From contig CBDFKD010000002.1 in the NCBI GenBank assembly GCA_965248695.1, forward strand, positions 1,120,001 through 1,184,000: DNA of 64,000 nt, read 5' to 3'. Source of the stretch: Acidobacteriota bacterium. GTDB lineage: Bacteria > Acidobacteriota > UBA890 > WLXD01. Below, piece after piece: positions 46,187 through 56,285 of the stretch. The notes under the pieces are model-generated. The model had not been told where the DNA came from. It did no database searches and saw nothing but the letters and a program-made list of their open reading frames with translations. Numbering within the stretch: the stretch's first letter is position 1; every line of letters begins with the position of its first letter. Made by a program: the position numbers and the translations under genes.

Positions 46187-47797
46187 ATGCGACGCGCTTC
46201 GTCTCGATTTGCTGCCATCTTCGTGCTGCTCCTCGCCACGGCCCTGGCACCGGGCGCGGCACTTGCCCAGCAGCAGGGCCTCGGCGAGCTCGAATTCGCC
46301 AACTCTGGTGCCCCCGAAGCCCAGGACATGTTCGTGCGTGGCCTGCTCTTGCTCCATAGCTTCGAGTACGACGATTCGCGCGAGGCCTTCCAGGCGGCTC
46401 AGGAGATTGATCCTGATTTCGCCATGGCGTACTGGGGTGAGGCACATACGCACAACCACCCGATCTGGCAGCAGCAGGACCGCGATGCCGCACGTGCGGC
46501 GCTGGCCAAGCTCGGGGCAACCCCGGCGGCGCGCTACGCCAAGGCGGGGACGGAACGCGAGCTCGACTACCTGCGGGCGCTGGATGTTCTCTACGGCGAC
46601 GGCGACAAGCGCGCCCGCGACTACGCCTACAGCGATGCGATGGAACAGCTGATGCGCAAGTATCCAGAGGATGCGGATGCGCGCGCCTTCTACGCCCTGT
46701 CGATTCTCGGCACCTGTCACGACGGCCGTGATGTAACGCGCTACATGAAGTCCGCCGCCGTCGTCGAGGAGGTCTACCAGCGCAACCCCGAGCATCCGGG
46801 GGCGCTTCACTACCTGATCCATTCGTACGACGATCCCACCCACGCGCCGCTGGGGCTGCGTGCGGCGCGGCGATACTCCGAGGTGGCGCAACGCGCCGGT
46901 CACGCACTGCACATGCCGACGCATATTTTCGTTGCGCTGGGCATGTGGGACGAGGTTGCGGGTCTCAACGAGGAATCCTGGCAGGCTTCGCTCCGGCGAC
47001 AGCAGAGCAAGGGCCTCGCCAAGCAGGCGCGTGGCTTCCATGCGCGCTTGTGGGAGCACTATGCGTTCCTGCAGCAGGGTCGGTACAGTGCCGCGCGCGG
47101 CCTGATCGACGAGTTCGCCGAGGAGCTCGGAACGGACGGCGACAGCCAGGGTATGCGCGGCGTTCTCGGTGCCATGCGGGCGGCGCAGATCGTTGCTGAG
47201 GGAAGTAGCGACCTGGCGGGCATCGTCAGCGACCTCGACGTCGGCGGCGCCACGCGCGCCAGCCATCAGTACGCTCAACTGGTATCGGCTCTGGAGCGCG
47301 AGGATCGCGGCGCCGCGGAAGCCGCGCTACGGGATGTCTCGGCGATGTTGGGCAGTGCCGACGCCGGCGACTGGCGTGGAGGCAGCGCCCCGGCGCGCAT
47401 CGTCGAGCTGGAAATGCGAGCGCTGCTGGCATTGGACGGCGGCGATGCCGAAGGTGCGATCAGGCAGCTCGAGGAGGCGGCAACGCTAGAGGACGAGCAG
47501 CCGTTTGCCTTCGGGCCGCCGGTGCCGGTAAAGCCGGCTCATGAGCTGCTGGCGGATGTGCTGCTCTCCACCGGCCATCCGGCGGCGGCGATCGAGCACT
47601 ACGACCGCGCCCTGGGGCGCACCCCGGGGCGGGCGATCACCTTGCTGGGCCTGGCGCGTGCGGCCGAGGCGGCTGGGGAGGGAGGGCGCGCCGTTGCGGC
47701 CTACGCGCAGCTGCGCGTCAACTGGGACAACGCCGACGCCGATCTGGCCGACCTGGCGGAGATCAGAGGGGCTGCGGCAACCGGCGAGGAGCGTTGA
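46187..47797 (+). CDS. Exported TPR-like protein (copy 1)
   Basis: GLLLLHSFEY, DFAMAYWGEA, HPGALHYLIH.YD, HALHMPTHIF. Confidence 0.85.
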   Translation: MRRASSRFAAIFVLLLATALAPGAALAQQQGLGELEFANSGAPEAQDMFVRGLLLLHSFEYDDSREAFQAAQEIDPDFAMAYWGEAHTHNHPIWQQQDRDAARAALAKLGATPAARYAKAGTERELDYLRALDVLYGDGDKRARDYAYSDAMEQLMRKYPEDADARAFYALSILGTCHDGRDVTRYMKSAAVVEEVYQRNPEHPGALHYLIHSYDDPTHAPLGLRAARRYSEVAQRAGHALHMPTHIFVALGMWDEVAGLNEESWQASLRRQQSKGLAKQARGFHARLWEHYAFLQQGRYSAARGLIDEFAEELGTDGDSQGMRGVLGAMRAAQIVAEGSSDLAGIVSDLDVGGATRASHQYAQLVSALEREDRGAAEAALRDVSAMLGSADAGDWRGGSAPARIVELEMRALLALDGGDAEGAIRQLEEAATLEDEQPFAFGPPVPVKPAHELLADVLLSTGHPAAAIEHYDRALGRTPGRAITLLGLARAAEAAGEGGRAVAAYAQLRVNWDNADADLADLAEIRGAAATGEER

Positions 47798-49485
47798 CCA
47801 CGGCGTTGGGTTGGCGGCAGTCGCCAGGCCCTTGGCCTGATTCAGGCCTGGCGCAAGGCCATCGGCCGCCAAGGCGCCGGAGACACCTGGTCGGTCTGGT
47901 AACGACGGTTGTCGCGTGCTTCGCTGCGACGACCGGGACGGGGAGTGCTCTGGGGCAAGTCGGTGGCCTCGGTGTGCTCGAATTCGCCAACTCGGGAGCG
48001 CCCGAAGCCCAGGACGCCTTCCTCCGTGGGCTGCTGTTGCTCCACAGCTTCGAGTTCGAGGACGCGCGCGAAGCGTTCCAGTCAGCGCGGAAGATCGACG
48101 CTGACTTCGCCATGGCCTACTGGGGCGAGGCTCAGACCCACAACCACGCGATCTGGCAGCGTCAAGATCTCGCCGCGGCGCGTGCCGTGCTGTCGAAGCT
48201 CGGGGCCACCCCCGAGGCCCGCTATGCCACGGCAGGCACCGAGCGCGAGCGCGACTATCTGCGTACGCTGGATGTGCTGTACGGAGCGGGGGACAAGCGC
48301 GAGCGCGATTACGCCTACAGCGACGCCATGCTGCGGCTCATGCTGGCGTACCCGGACGACGCCGATGCTCGAGCGTTCTATGCGCTCTCGGTGCTAGGCA
48401 CCTGTCACGACGGGCGTGACGTGAACCGCTACATGAACGCAGCGGCAGTCGTCGAAGAAGTCTACCAACGCAATCCCGATCACCCTGGAGCGCTCCACTA
48501 CCTGATCCACGCGTACGACGATCCGACCCACGCGGCGTTGGGTCTGCGAGCCGCCCGGCGGTACTCGCAGGTGGCGCAACGAGCGGAGCACGCGTTGCAC
48601 ATGCCGACGCACATCTTCGCGGCGTTGGGCATGTGGGAGGAATCGGCAGCGCTGAACGAGCAGTCATGGCAAGCCTCGCTGCGTCGGCAGCAACGGAAAG
48701 GCCTCGGTACCGAGGCGCGCGGTTACCACGCCCGAGTCTGGGAGCACTACGCGTTTCTGCAGCAGGGACGTCTTGCCGCGGCGCAGCTGCTGGTCGACGA
48801 GTTAGCCACTGCTCCGGGCACCGAGGCAGACGGACCGCTGTTGAGGGTGGCTCTCGCAACCGTCGCGGCGCATCAGATCGTTGCTGCCGGTGGCGGCGAT
48901 CCGGGCGCGGTCGTCACCATTCTCGATGTCGGTGGACCGACGGGCGCCAGCCTGTACTACGCGCAGCTGGTTGCGGCCCTGAACCGTGGAGAGCGCGCCA
49001 TCGCCGAAGGTGCGTTGCGCGCTGTCTCCGAGATGCTCGCCACGCCCGCGGCCGACGATTGGTTGGGACGCAACGAACAGAGCCGAATTGTGGAGCTCGA
49101 GATGCGCGCTCTGCTCGCCCTCGACGCCGGCGATCGGGCAGGTGCGATCCGGCAGCTCGGGCAGGCGACGGCAATCGAGGATCAGCTACCGTTCGACTAC
49201 GGGCCGCCGAATCCGGTGAAGCCGGCCCACGAGCTGCTGGCCGACGTGTTGCGCGAAACCGGCGACGCGGTCGCTGCGATCGAGCACTACGATCGTGCTC
49301 TCGAGCGTACGCCCGGTCGCGCCATCGCCCTGCTGGGTCTGGCGCGCGCCGCGCAAACCGCCGGCGATAGCAGGCGAGCCTCTGCGGCCTATGCGCAGCT
49401 GGGTGTCAACTGGGCCAATGCCGACGACGATCTGGCCGAGCTGGCAGAGGTTCGCGCCGCGATGGCGTCGAGCCAGGAGCAGTGA
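47794..49485 (+). CDS. Exported TPR-like protein (copy 2)
   Basis: Colinear paralog of 46187-47797 with the same motifs; start uncertain. Confidence 0.85.
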   Translation: MTTALGWRQSPGPWPDSGLAQGHRPPRRRRHLVGLVTTVVACFAATTGTGSALGQVGGLGVLEFANSGAPEAQDAFLRGLLLLHSFEFEDAREAFQSARKIDADFAMAYWGEAQTHNHAIWQRQDLAAARAVLSKLGATPEARYATAGTERERDYLRTLDVLYGAGDKRERDYAYSDAMLRLMLAYPDDADARAFYALSVLGTCHDGRDVNRYMNAAAVVEEVYQRNPDHPGALHYLIHAYDDPTHAALGLRAARRYSQVAQRAEHALHMPTHIFAALGMWEESAALNEQSWQASLRRQQRKGLGTEARGYHARVWEHYAFLQQGRLAAAQLLVDELATAPGTEADGPLLRVALATVAAHQIVAAGGGDPGAVVTILDVGGPTGASLYYAQLVAALNRGERAIAEGALRAVSEMLATPAADDWLGRNEQSRIVELEMRALLALDAGDRAGAIRQLGQATAIEDQLPFDYGPPNPVKPAHELLADVLRETGDAVAAIEHYDRALERTPGRAIALLGLARAAQTAGDSRRASAAYAQLGVNWANADDDLAELAEVRAAMASSQEQ

Positions 49486-49537
49486 GCGTGGCGATCGGGA
49501 ATCGCCAGCACCTGGCCGGCTGGCGTTGCCGGCACCC

Positions 49538-50311
49538 ATGAAGCGCAAGGCATTCGAGCGTCAGCTCAAGCCCTTGCAGCTGGAGCTGGTCCGGCTTCAA
49601 GAGTGGATCAAGCATGAAGGGCTGCGGGTGTGCGTGATCTTCGAGGGACGCGATGCGGCCGGCAAGGGGGGCATCATCAAGCGCATCACGGCGCGCACCA
49701 GCGCCCGGGTGTTTCGCGTCGTGGCGTTGCCCAAGCCGAACGGACGCGAGCGCACGCAATGGTATTTCCAACGTTACGTTAGCCACCTGCCCGCGGCCGG
49801 CGAGGCGGTGCTGTTCGATCGCAGCTGGTACAACCGCGCCGGCGTCGAGCCGGTGATGGGGTTCTGTACCCCCGAGCAGCACCAGAAGTTCCTGCGGCTG
49901 TGCCCGGACTTCGAGCGCTCGCTGGTGGAGTCCGGCGTTCACCTGGTGAAGTACTGGCTCACCGTTGCCCCGGAACAACAGCGCGAGCGCTTCCAGGAGC
50001 GTATTGATGATCCGCGCAAGCACTGGAAGCTGAGTCCCATCGACCTCGAGGCGCAGAGCCGCTGGTATGCCTACTCGCGTGCCCGCGACGCGATGCTAGA
50101 GGCTACCGACACCGACGCGGCGCCGTGGTACGTGGTCGACGCCAGCGATCAACGGCGGGCGCGGCTCAACTGCATTGCTCACCTGCTGAGCCTGTTCCCC
50201 TATCGTGAGTTGCCGCACGAGGCACCGGAGCTGCCGGCGGTCGACGACGACGACCGCTACGACGATGCTGCTGCTCTCACGCCGCGTCGCTGGGTGCCAC
50301 AGACCTACTGA
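49538..50311 (+). CDS. ppk2: Polyphosphate kinase 2
   Basis: FEGRDAAGKGG, QWYFQRY, FDRSWYNRAGVE.VMGF, WKLSPID, APWYVV, RARLNCI. Confidence 0.95.
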   Translation: MKRKAFERQLKPLQLELVRLQEWIKHEGLRVCVIFEGRDAAGKGGIIKRITARTSARVFRVVALPKPNGRERTQWYFQRYVSHLPAAGEAVLFDRSWYNRAGVEPVMGFCTPEQHQKFLRLCPDFERSLVESGVHLVKYWLTVAPEQQRERFQERIDDPRKHWKLSPIDLEAQSRWYAYSRARDAMLEATDTDAAPWYVVDASDQRRARLNCIAHLLSLFPYRELPHEAPELPAVDDDDRYDDAAALTPRRWVPQTY

Positions 50312-50976
50312 GTCGCCTCTGCCACCGACGCCGATTGGGCTTTCGGCGCATCGCAGTGGACCACGATCGTGCCCGCCACCAGGTCGAAGGCACGCTGCTT
50401 GCGTTCCGAGAAGATCGCCACGATGGCGTCGATCCAGAAGAACTCGAGGAAGAACGGAATGCGGCGCACGATGGCCTTCATCATTCCCAGTCGGAGACCG
50501 TTCTCGGTGACCACGTGGATGCCCAGCAGCCACTTGCCCAGCGTCTGTCCGTAGCGCCACTCGAGCACCGGAAAATAGCCCAGCGACATCAACAGCACGG
50601 CGATCGCGATGGGGGCGAGGACTAGCACACCGAGGCCAAGCGGCACTTCATCTGCGCCCATCAGGCCGAAGGTGAGCAGGCTCACGCCGACCAGCGCCGC
50701 TCCGGCGCAGAGAACCAGCAAGCCGACGCCGAGGTCGATCAGAAAAGCAGCGGTACGACGACCGACCGATGCGAGCCGCACCGGCACATCGGCGAGGTAG
50801 GCGAGGGCCACCTCGCGAGGATCGCCCATGCGGTTGATCGCCTCCTGCATCGACTCCTGGGCCGCAGCGGTCTCCTCCAGGTGCACGCGCAGATCCAGCT
50901 GGATACGGCTGCGCTCGGGCGAGGCTGCAGGAACGTTCTCCATCACCTGACGAACGTACTCGTCGATCGCGGTCAT
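50305..50976 (-). CDS. RDD family membrane protein with N-terminal HAAS-like helix
   Basis: AINRMGDPREVA, RRTAAFLID, GQTLGK, QRAFDLVAGT. Confidence 0.85.
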   Translation of the reverse strand: MTAIDEYVRQVMENVPAASPERSRIQLDLRVHLEETAAAQESMQEAINRMGDPREVALAYLADVPVRLASVGRRTAAFLIDLGVGLLVLCAGAALVGVSLLTFGLMGADEVPLGLGVLVLAPIAIAVLLMSLGYFPVLEWRYGQTLGKWLLGIHVVTENGLRLGMMKAIVRRIPFFLEFFWIDAIVAIFSERKQRAFDLVAGTIVVHCDAPKAQSASVAEATQ

Positions 50977-51305
50977 CGGTTGCCTCCGTCTCCGAGCAGA
51001 TCGTCGACCGTGCCGACGAACGATCTCCATTCGCCGATCAGGCGCTGCACCTGCTCGCTCCCCGCGGATGTGACGCGGTAGTACTTGCGCGGCACACCAC
51101 GCTCTTGAGTCTCCCAACGCGGCTCCACATAACCCGCCTTCTCGAGGCGATACAGCACCGGATACAGGGTGCCGTCCTTGATCTGGAAGCTGCCCTCGCC
51201 ACGCTCCTGCAATGTCGTAACGATCTCGTAGCCGTACATCTCGCGCTCCGAAAGCAGCTTCAACAGCACCATCTCGAGGGTGCCGCGCTTCAGTTCTCGT
51301 TCCAT
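50973..51305 (-). CDS. PadR family transcriptional regulator
   Basis: ELKRGTLEM, MYGYEI, GTLYPVLYRLE, RKYYRVT. Confidence 0.93.
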   Translation of the reverse strand: MERELKRGTLEMVLLKLLSEREMYGYEIVTTLQERGEGSFQIKDGTLYPVLYRLEKAGYVEPRWETQERGVPRKYYRVTSAGSEQVQRLIGEWRSFVGTVDDLLGDGGNR

Positions 51306-51330
51306 GGTCCGTATTGGTGTGTGTGACTTA

Positions 51331-51449
51331 ATAACTTGTGTAACAAGATAACTTATATAACGAGTGTAGCGCAAGACAACGGTCAGAAAGGGCGCGGTTG
51401 CCAGGTCATCTGTTGGCAACTATAGTGATAGATAATCTAGTAGAGATTA
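51331..51449. promoter_or_regulatory. AT-rich divergent promoter region with palindromic candidate PadR operators
   Basis: CTTGT-GTA-ACAAG within a 17-bp tandem repeat (51331-51347, 51348-51364); TAATCT-AGTAG-AGATTA (51433-51449). Confidence 0.6.
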
Positions 51450-51490
51450 CTTGTATCCATCCATCGGCCAACGAGAGAGCGCAGACGGAC

Positions 51491-51853
51491 GTGCACGCGA
51501 ACGGTCCATCCCCAGCCGACAGCCATCTTCCGCTCAGCAACCTCACCTTCCATGTGCTGTTGGCGTTGGTCGATCGAGCGGCGCACGGGTACGCCTTGGG
51601 CAAAGAGATCGAAGAGCGCTCCCGAGGCAAGCTCAAGCCGACGACCGGAGCGTTGTATCAGGCGCTGCGGCGCCTGGAGACAAACGGCCTGCTGGCGTCG
51701 ACCGATGCCCCGCCGGGTGCCTCGAGCGACCAGCGACGCAAGTATTTCCGGCTGACGTCGCTCGGCCGTACCGTGCTGCAGCTCGAAGCGGCGCGGCTGG
51801 AGGAGCTCGTGGCTGCGGCGCGCGCCAAGGCGCTGGCCGCCGAGCGGTCCTGA
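51491..51853 (+). CDS. PadR family transcriptional regulator
   Basis: FHVLLAL, HGYAL, GALYQALRRL, RRKYFRLT. Confidence 0.9.
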   Translation: MHANGPSPADSHLPLSNLTFHVLLALVDRAAHGYALGKEIEERSRGKLKPTTGALYQALRRLETNGLLASTDAPPGASSDQRRKYFRLTSLGRTVLQLEAARLEELVAAARAKALAAERS

Positions 51854-51864
51854 GTCTGCCGACC

Positions 51865-54525
51865 ATGAGCCGCTTGCTGTTTCGGATCCTGGTGGGGATG
51901 TATCCGCCTGCCTGCCGCCGCGACTACGGCGCCGCCATGCTTGCGACGCTGGATCAGCGACTGCGCCAGCATCGAGCCCGCCCGATCAGCGGCCGCCGGT
52001 CGCATGGTTTCGTCTTGCGCGAGGCGCTCGGGCTGCTTACCGGGGCTGTGAGGCAGTGGGCTGAGACACTTCGGATCGGAGACCACGACCACCGGTCCCT
52101 TCCGTCCGCCGGGATCAGAGATGCCATGCGGGGGTTTCCGCAGGATGTCCGATATGCGTTCCGCAATCTGATCGGGAACGCTTCCTTTGCAACCGTCGCG
52201 ATCGTCACGATTGCTCTCGGGGTTGGTGCCAACACGGCGATCTTCAGCATCGTGAACGCGGTGTTGCTGCAACCCCTCCCATATGTCGAGAGCGATCGCC
52301 TCGTCCGGATCTGGCCGGGCAGCAACATCACCAAGGCGATCCACGAACGCCTGCAGGAAGAGTCTTCGGTCTACGTCGGGACGACCGTGTGGTCCGGGTG
52401 GGAATTCACCATCACCGGCGTCGATGAGCCCGAGTCGCTGTCGGGTGGTGTGGTGGCGACGAGCCACTTTGATGTGCTCGGTGCGGCCCCCATGCTCGGT
52501 CGCAGGTTTCGCCACGAGGACTCGCTTCCCGGCAATGACGATGTCGTGCTTCTGAGCCACGGTCTTTGGCAACGGCGGTTCGGGGCTGATCCAGACATCG
52601 TCGGGCGGCGGGTGGACATCGGCAATGACGGCGCTGCATCACGGCAGGTAATCGGCGTGATGGGCCCCGATCATCGACCTCTGCGCGACGAGTGGGAGCT
52701 GTGGGCTCCGCTCATGATCGATCCCGCCGGCGAGTACTACTATTCCTCGTGGTACCTGCAGGCAGGCGGCCGGTTACGGCCACAGATTGCGCTCACGGAA
52801 GCATCGGCGGAGCTCGCGGCGCTCCTTGTGCGCCTGGGAGCCGACGACCGTCTGGGCTTGTACGACAAGGAGGCGCTGCCGCTGGCGCGAGTTGTCGGGC
52901 TCCATGAGCACACCGTCGGCTCCGTCCGGACGACGTTGTTGGTGTTGCTGGGTGGGGTTGCTCTCGTGCTGCTCATCGCTTGCACCAACGTTGCCAACCT
53001 GCTGCTGGCGCGCTCGGCCGCCCGGCGGCGCGAGCTCGCCGTACGGACCGCCTTAGGGGCAGGGCGTGGCCGCATACTGGCGCAGTTGCTCACCGAGTCC
53101 GTCTTGCTGGGCTTGATCGGTGGCGTCGTCGGTACGGCACTCGCCGTCCAGCTCGTCGGCTCCGTGGCGCTGTTGATGCAGGGGGCGCTGCCGCGCGCGG
53201 AAGCCATCAGCGTCGACCTGGTGGTGCTCGGATACGCGTTGTCGATTTCGATCCTCGCCGGCCTGCTGTTCGTAACGGCGCCGGCGCTCCACTCACTGCG
53301 CGGCGATCTGAAGGTGTCGCTGGCAGACGGCGCTCCGGGTGCTGGTGGCAGCCGTGGCAGCCTGCGCACGAACCAGGCCCTGGTCGTTGCCGAGGTGGCG
53401 CTGTCGTGCATTCTGGTGGTTGCCGCGGCCCTCCTGGTGCGCAGCCTCACGCAGCTGTGGGCTGTGCCGTCAGGGTTCGATGCGCGCGACGTCGTGACCA
53501 TGCGCGTCACCGCGCCGGATGCGCTCTATGCCGATGGGCCACAGCGTCGGCAGTACTGGAACCAAGCGATGGAGCGCGTCGCTGCCGCGGCAGGAGTCGA
53601 CAGCGCCGGCGCCATCCACATCCTGCCGCTGGCCCTCGGTAACTGGAGCTTCCCGTTCCTGGCCCAGGGCCACGAACCGGAAGAGGGGAAACCATTGCCG
53701 ACGGCCAATTTCCGGGTAGTGGCGGCCGACTATTTTCAGACCATGGCGATTCCGCTCATCGCGGGAAGGCTGTTCGATGATGGCGACGGATCTGCAGATC
53801 CCGGAGTAGTGGTCGTCAATCATCGGCTGGCGGAGCAGTACTGGCCCGGTGAGTCGGCGATCGGAAAGAATCTGGCGTTGTTCGGAAACCAGGATCTCGA
53901 GGTGGTGGGCGTGGTCGGCGATGTACGCCAGCACCGACTCGACTGGCCGGCGCCGGTGAGCATGTATCGTCCGGCCCGACAGTGGCCGCTTGCGAGCATG
54001 GTTGTCGCGGTGCGCTTGCAACAAGGGGCGAGCGTCGCACCGACGATGCAGGCAATTCGCTCACTCGATTCTGAGGTGCCGATCTCCGAGGTCCAGAGCA
54101 TGCGAGAAGTGATGGGCGGCTCCCTCGGTCGCGAGCGGCTCTCCGCCTGGCTGCTCAGCAGCTTCGCCGCCCTGGCGCTGGTGCTCGGTGCGGTGGGCGT
54201 GTACGGGGTCATGTCGTGCGTCGTCAGCCGCCGTACGCGCGACATCGGCATCCGCGTGGCCCTCGGCGCTCCGGCGGGAACCGTCGTTCGGGAAGTCCTG
54301 GCGGGCGGCATGGCGCCGGTCGTGATCGGTGTGGTTCTGGGGCTTGTCGGAGCACGGCTTGCCAGCCGGCTGCTCGCCAGCATGCTCTTCGGCGTCGAGC
54401 CAACCGACCCGTCGACGTACGTGGCGGTGGCCCTCACCCTGTTGCTTACGGCGCTACTGGCTGCGATCCTCCCGGCCCGGCGCGCGTCCCGTGTCGATCC
54501 GATAGTCGCCCTCCGATCCGATTGA
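51865..54525 (+). CDS. ADOP-type duplicated ABC permease (MacB/FtsX domains, no ATPase)
   Basis: QDVRYAFR, ALGVGANTAIFS, LLIACTNVANLLLAR, RRTRDIGIRVALGA, PARRASRVDPIVALR. Confidence 0.92.
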   Translation: MSRLLFRILVGMYPPACRRDYGAAMLATLDQRLRQHRARPISGRRSHGFVLREALGLLTGAVRQWAETLRIGDHDHRSLPSAGIRDAMRGFPQDVRYAFRNLIGNASFATVAIVTIALGVGANTAIFSIVNAVLLQPLPYVESDRLVRIWPGSNITKAIHERLQEESSVYVGTTVWSGWEFTITGVDEPESLSGGVVATSHFDVLGAAPMLGRRFRHEDSLPGNDDVVLLSHGLWQRRFGADPDIVGRRVDIGNDGAASRQVIGVMGPDHRPLRDEWELWAPLMIDPAGEYYYSSWYLQAGGRLRPQIALTEASAELAALLVRLGADDRLGLYDKEALPLARVVGLHEHTVGSVRTTLLVLLGGVALVLLIACTNVANLLLARSAARRRELAVRTALGAGRGRILAQLLTESVLLGLIGGVVGTALAVQLVGSVALLMQGALPRAEAISVDLVVLGYALSISILAGLLFVTAPALHSLRGDLKVSLADGAPGAGGSRGSLRTNQALVVAEVALSCILVVAAALLVRSLTQLWAVPSGFDARDVVTMRVTAPDALYADGPQRRQYWNQAMERVAAAAGVDSAGAIHILPLALGNWSFPFLAQGHEPEEGKPLPTANFRVVAADYFQTMAIPLIAGRLFDDGDGSADPGVVVVNHRLAEQYWPGESAIGKNLALFGNQDLEVVGVVGDVRQHRLDWPAPVSMYRPARQWPLASMVVAVRLQQGASVAPTMQAIRSLDSEVPISEVQSMREVMGGSLGRERLSAWLLSSFAALALVLGAVGVYGVMSCVVSRRTRDIGIRVALGAPAGTVVREVLAGGMAPVVIGVVLGLVGARLASRLLASMLFGVEPTDPSTYVAVALTLLLTALLAAILPARRASRVDPIVALRSD

Positions 54526-54602
54526 CGGGATCGTAGCCGCCGGCGGCCCTCTCGTGACAGACTGGGCGGGTTGACGAATCCCCGCATCATGGAAGGGCGA
54601 GA

Positions 54603-55919
54603 ATGAACTGGAAGTCAGCAGCAACAATCGCCGCCATCGTCGCTTCCAGCGCGCTGCCCGGGGTCGAGGCTGCCGTCGGCCCGGCCTCCACGGCAGTACC
54701 AGTCGCGGACGACGTACAGATGATCCCCGTCGAGGGCGAGGCGGCGAGTTACTGGAGCCGCTGGCGCGGACCCTCCGGGCAGGGTCTGGTCACCGGCAGT
54801 GGATATGTCGACACGTGGTCGGACACAGACAACGTCCTATGGAAGGTCGCCGTACCCGGCCGCGGCAACTCCTCGCCGATCGTCTGGGACGATCGCATCT
54901 TCCTCACCAGCGCCACGGACCGCGGCGCTCGCGTTGCCCTCCTGGCCTTCGATCGTGGTGATGGCGAGCTACTGTGGGAGGTCTCTCCCGGTCGCGCCTC
55001 GGCCGGGAGCGTGCACGAGAAGAACGGTTACGCGTCGGGAACCGCAGCCACCGATGGCGAGCGCGTCTATGCCTATCTCGGCAACCACGGTCTGATCGCC
55101 GTCGACATGCAGGGCGAGCCCGTCTGGCGGCGCGAGCTCGGCCAGATTCAGGCGTCGCACGGTACCGCCGGATCGATCCTTCTGTACCGCGACCGGGTGA
55201 TCTTCTACCAGGACATGCGCCGCGGCAGCCAGGGAGGCTCGTTTGTGGCCGCCTTCGACGCCCGCACCGGTGAAACCGTGTGGCGCACCGATCGGGAAGA
55301 GAACACTGGCTGGGGAACGCCGATCGCCATCCGTGTAGGCGACCACGACGAGATCGTGGTCAGCAGCCAGTACAAAGTCTACGGCTATTCGGCGAGCACC
55401 GGAAACGAGCTCTGGAGCGCTGGCGGTAACCTGTTCGAGGTCATTCCCACACCCGTGGTCGGCCACGGTCTGGTCTTCGCCTCGTCGGGCCGCGCCGGGC
55501 CGACGTTGGCGATTCGCCCCGGTGGCCGCGGAGACGTAACCGACAGCCACGTGGCCTGGAGCAGCCCCAAAGGGTCGCCGTTCGTCCCGTCGACCCTGGT
55601 CTACGGCGACAATCTCTACATGATCAACGACATGGCGTCGGTGCTGACGGTCTACCGGGCTTCCAGCGGCGAGGTCCTGTATCAGGGACGCCTCGGACGG
55701 GCGCAGCGCGAGAGCTTCTCGGCGTCGCCGGTGGTGTTCGACGGCAAGGTATTTCTCACCAACGACGCCGGTGAGACGTTCGTGGTAGCGGCCGGCGACG
55801 AGTTCGAGTTGCTGCACGTGAACCGCATCGGCGAGCGCACGCTGGCGTCGCCGGCGCTGGTCGACGGACGGTGGTACGTGCGCACCGAGGGGCATCTGCT
55901 GGCGTTGGGTGGCGCCTAG
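54603..55919 (+). CDS. PQQ-binding-like beta-propeller protein
   Basis: WSRWRGPSGQG, GNSSPIVW, FVPSTL, FSASPV, ASPAL. Confidence 0.88.
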   Translation: MNWKSAATIAAIVASSALPGVEAAVGPASTAVPVADDVQMIPVEGEAASYWSRWRGPSGQGLVTGSGYVDTWSDTDNVLWKVAVPGRGNSSPIVWDDRIFLTSATDRGARVALLAFDRGDGELLWEVSPGRASAGSVHEKNGYASGTAATDGERVYAYLGNHGLIAVDMQGEPVWRRELGQIQASHGTAGSILLYRDRVIFYQDMRRGSQGGSFVAAFDARTGETVWRTDREENTGWGTPIAIRVGDHDEIVVSSQYKVYGYSASTGNELWSAGGNLFEVIPTPVVGHGLVFASSGRAGPTLAIRPGGRGDVTDSHVAWSSPKGSPFVPSTLVYGDNLYMINDMASVLTVYRASSGEVLYQGRLGRAQRESFSASPVVFDGKVFLTNDAGETFVVAAGDEFELLHVNRIGERTLASPALVDGRWYVRTEGHLLALGGA

Positions 55920-56285
55920 CGAGCCTGCGTCGTCGGTTAGCAGTGGCAACCGCCGAAACCCCGCGGTGATCGCTCGACACAGCCTGCGATCCGGCTTCAA
56001 ACGCGGCCTGCGATCCGACTTCAAGCTGGACCGTTGAAACGGTAGCTGGTACTGTCGGCAGCGCTCCGGGTCCCCCCCGCCCAAAACGTCCGTACCGGGT
56101 TCAGGGCCAGTTCCTGCCCGTTTCGCGCGAGCTCAAACCGTGCCGAGCTCGTCGCCTGCGTTGGCGACGACCAGGCGGTGCAACGGCACCGCGTACGGTG
56201 GCCTCGCGACAGCTCGCGTGCGCCGTCGGTCCGGCACCGCGTCCCCTCGAGGTCTGTCATGAATCGTCGCGTGCGGGCGTTCTCG

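Noticed and set aside
55982-56024. Direct repeats as a mini CRISPR array
   Set aside because: Only two 19-bp copies with a 5-bp gap; no spacers and no cas genes.
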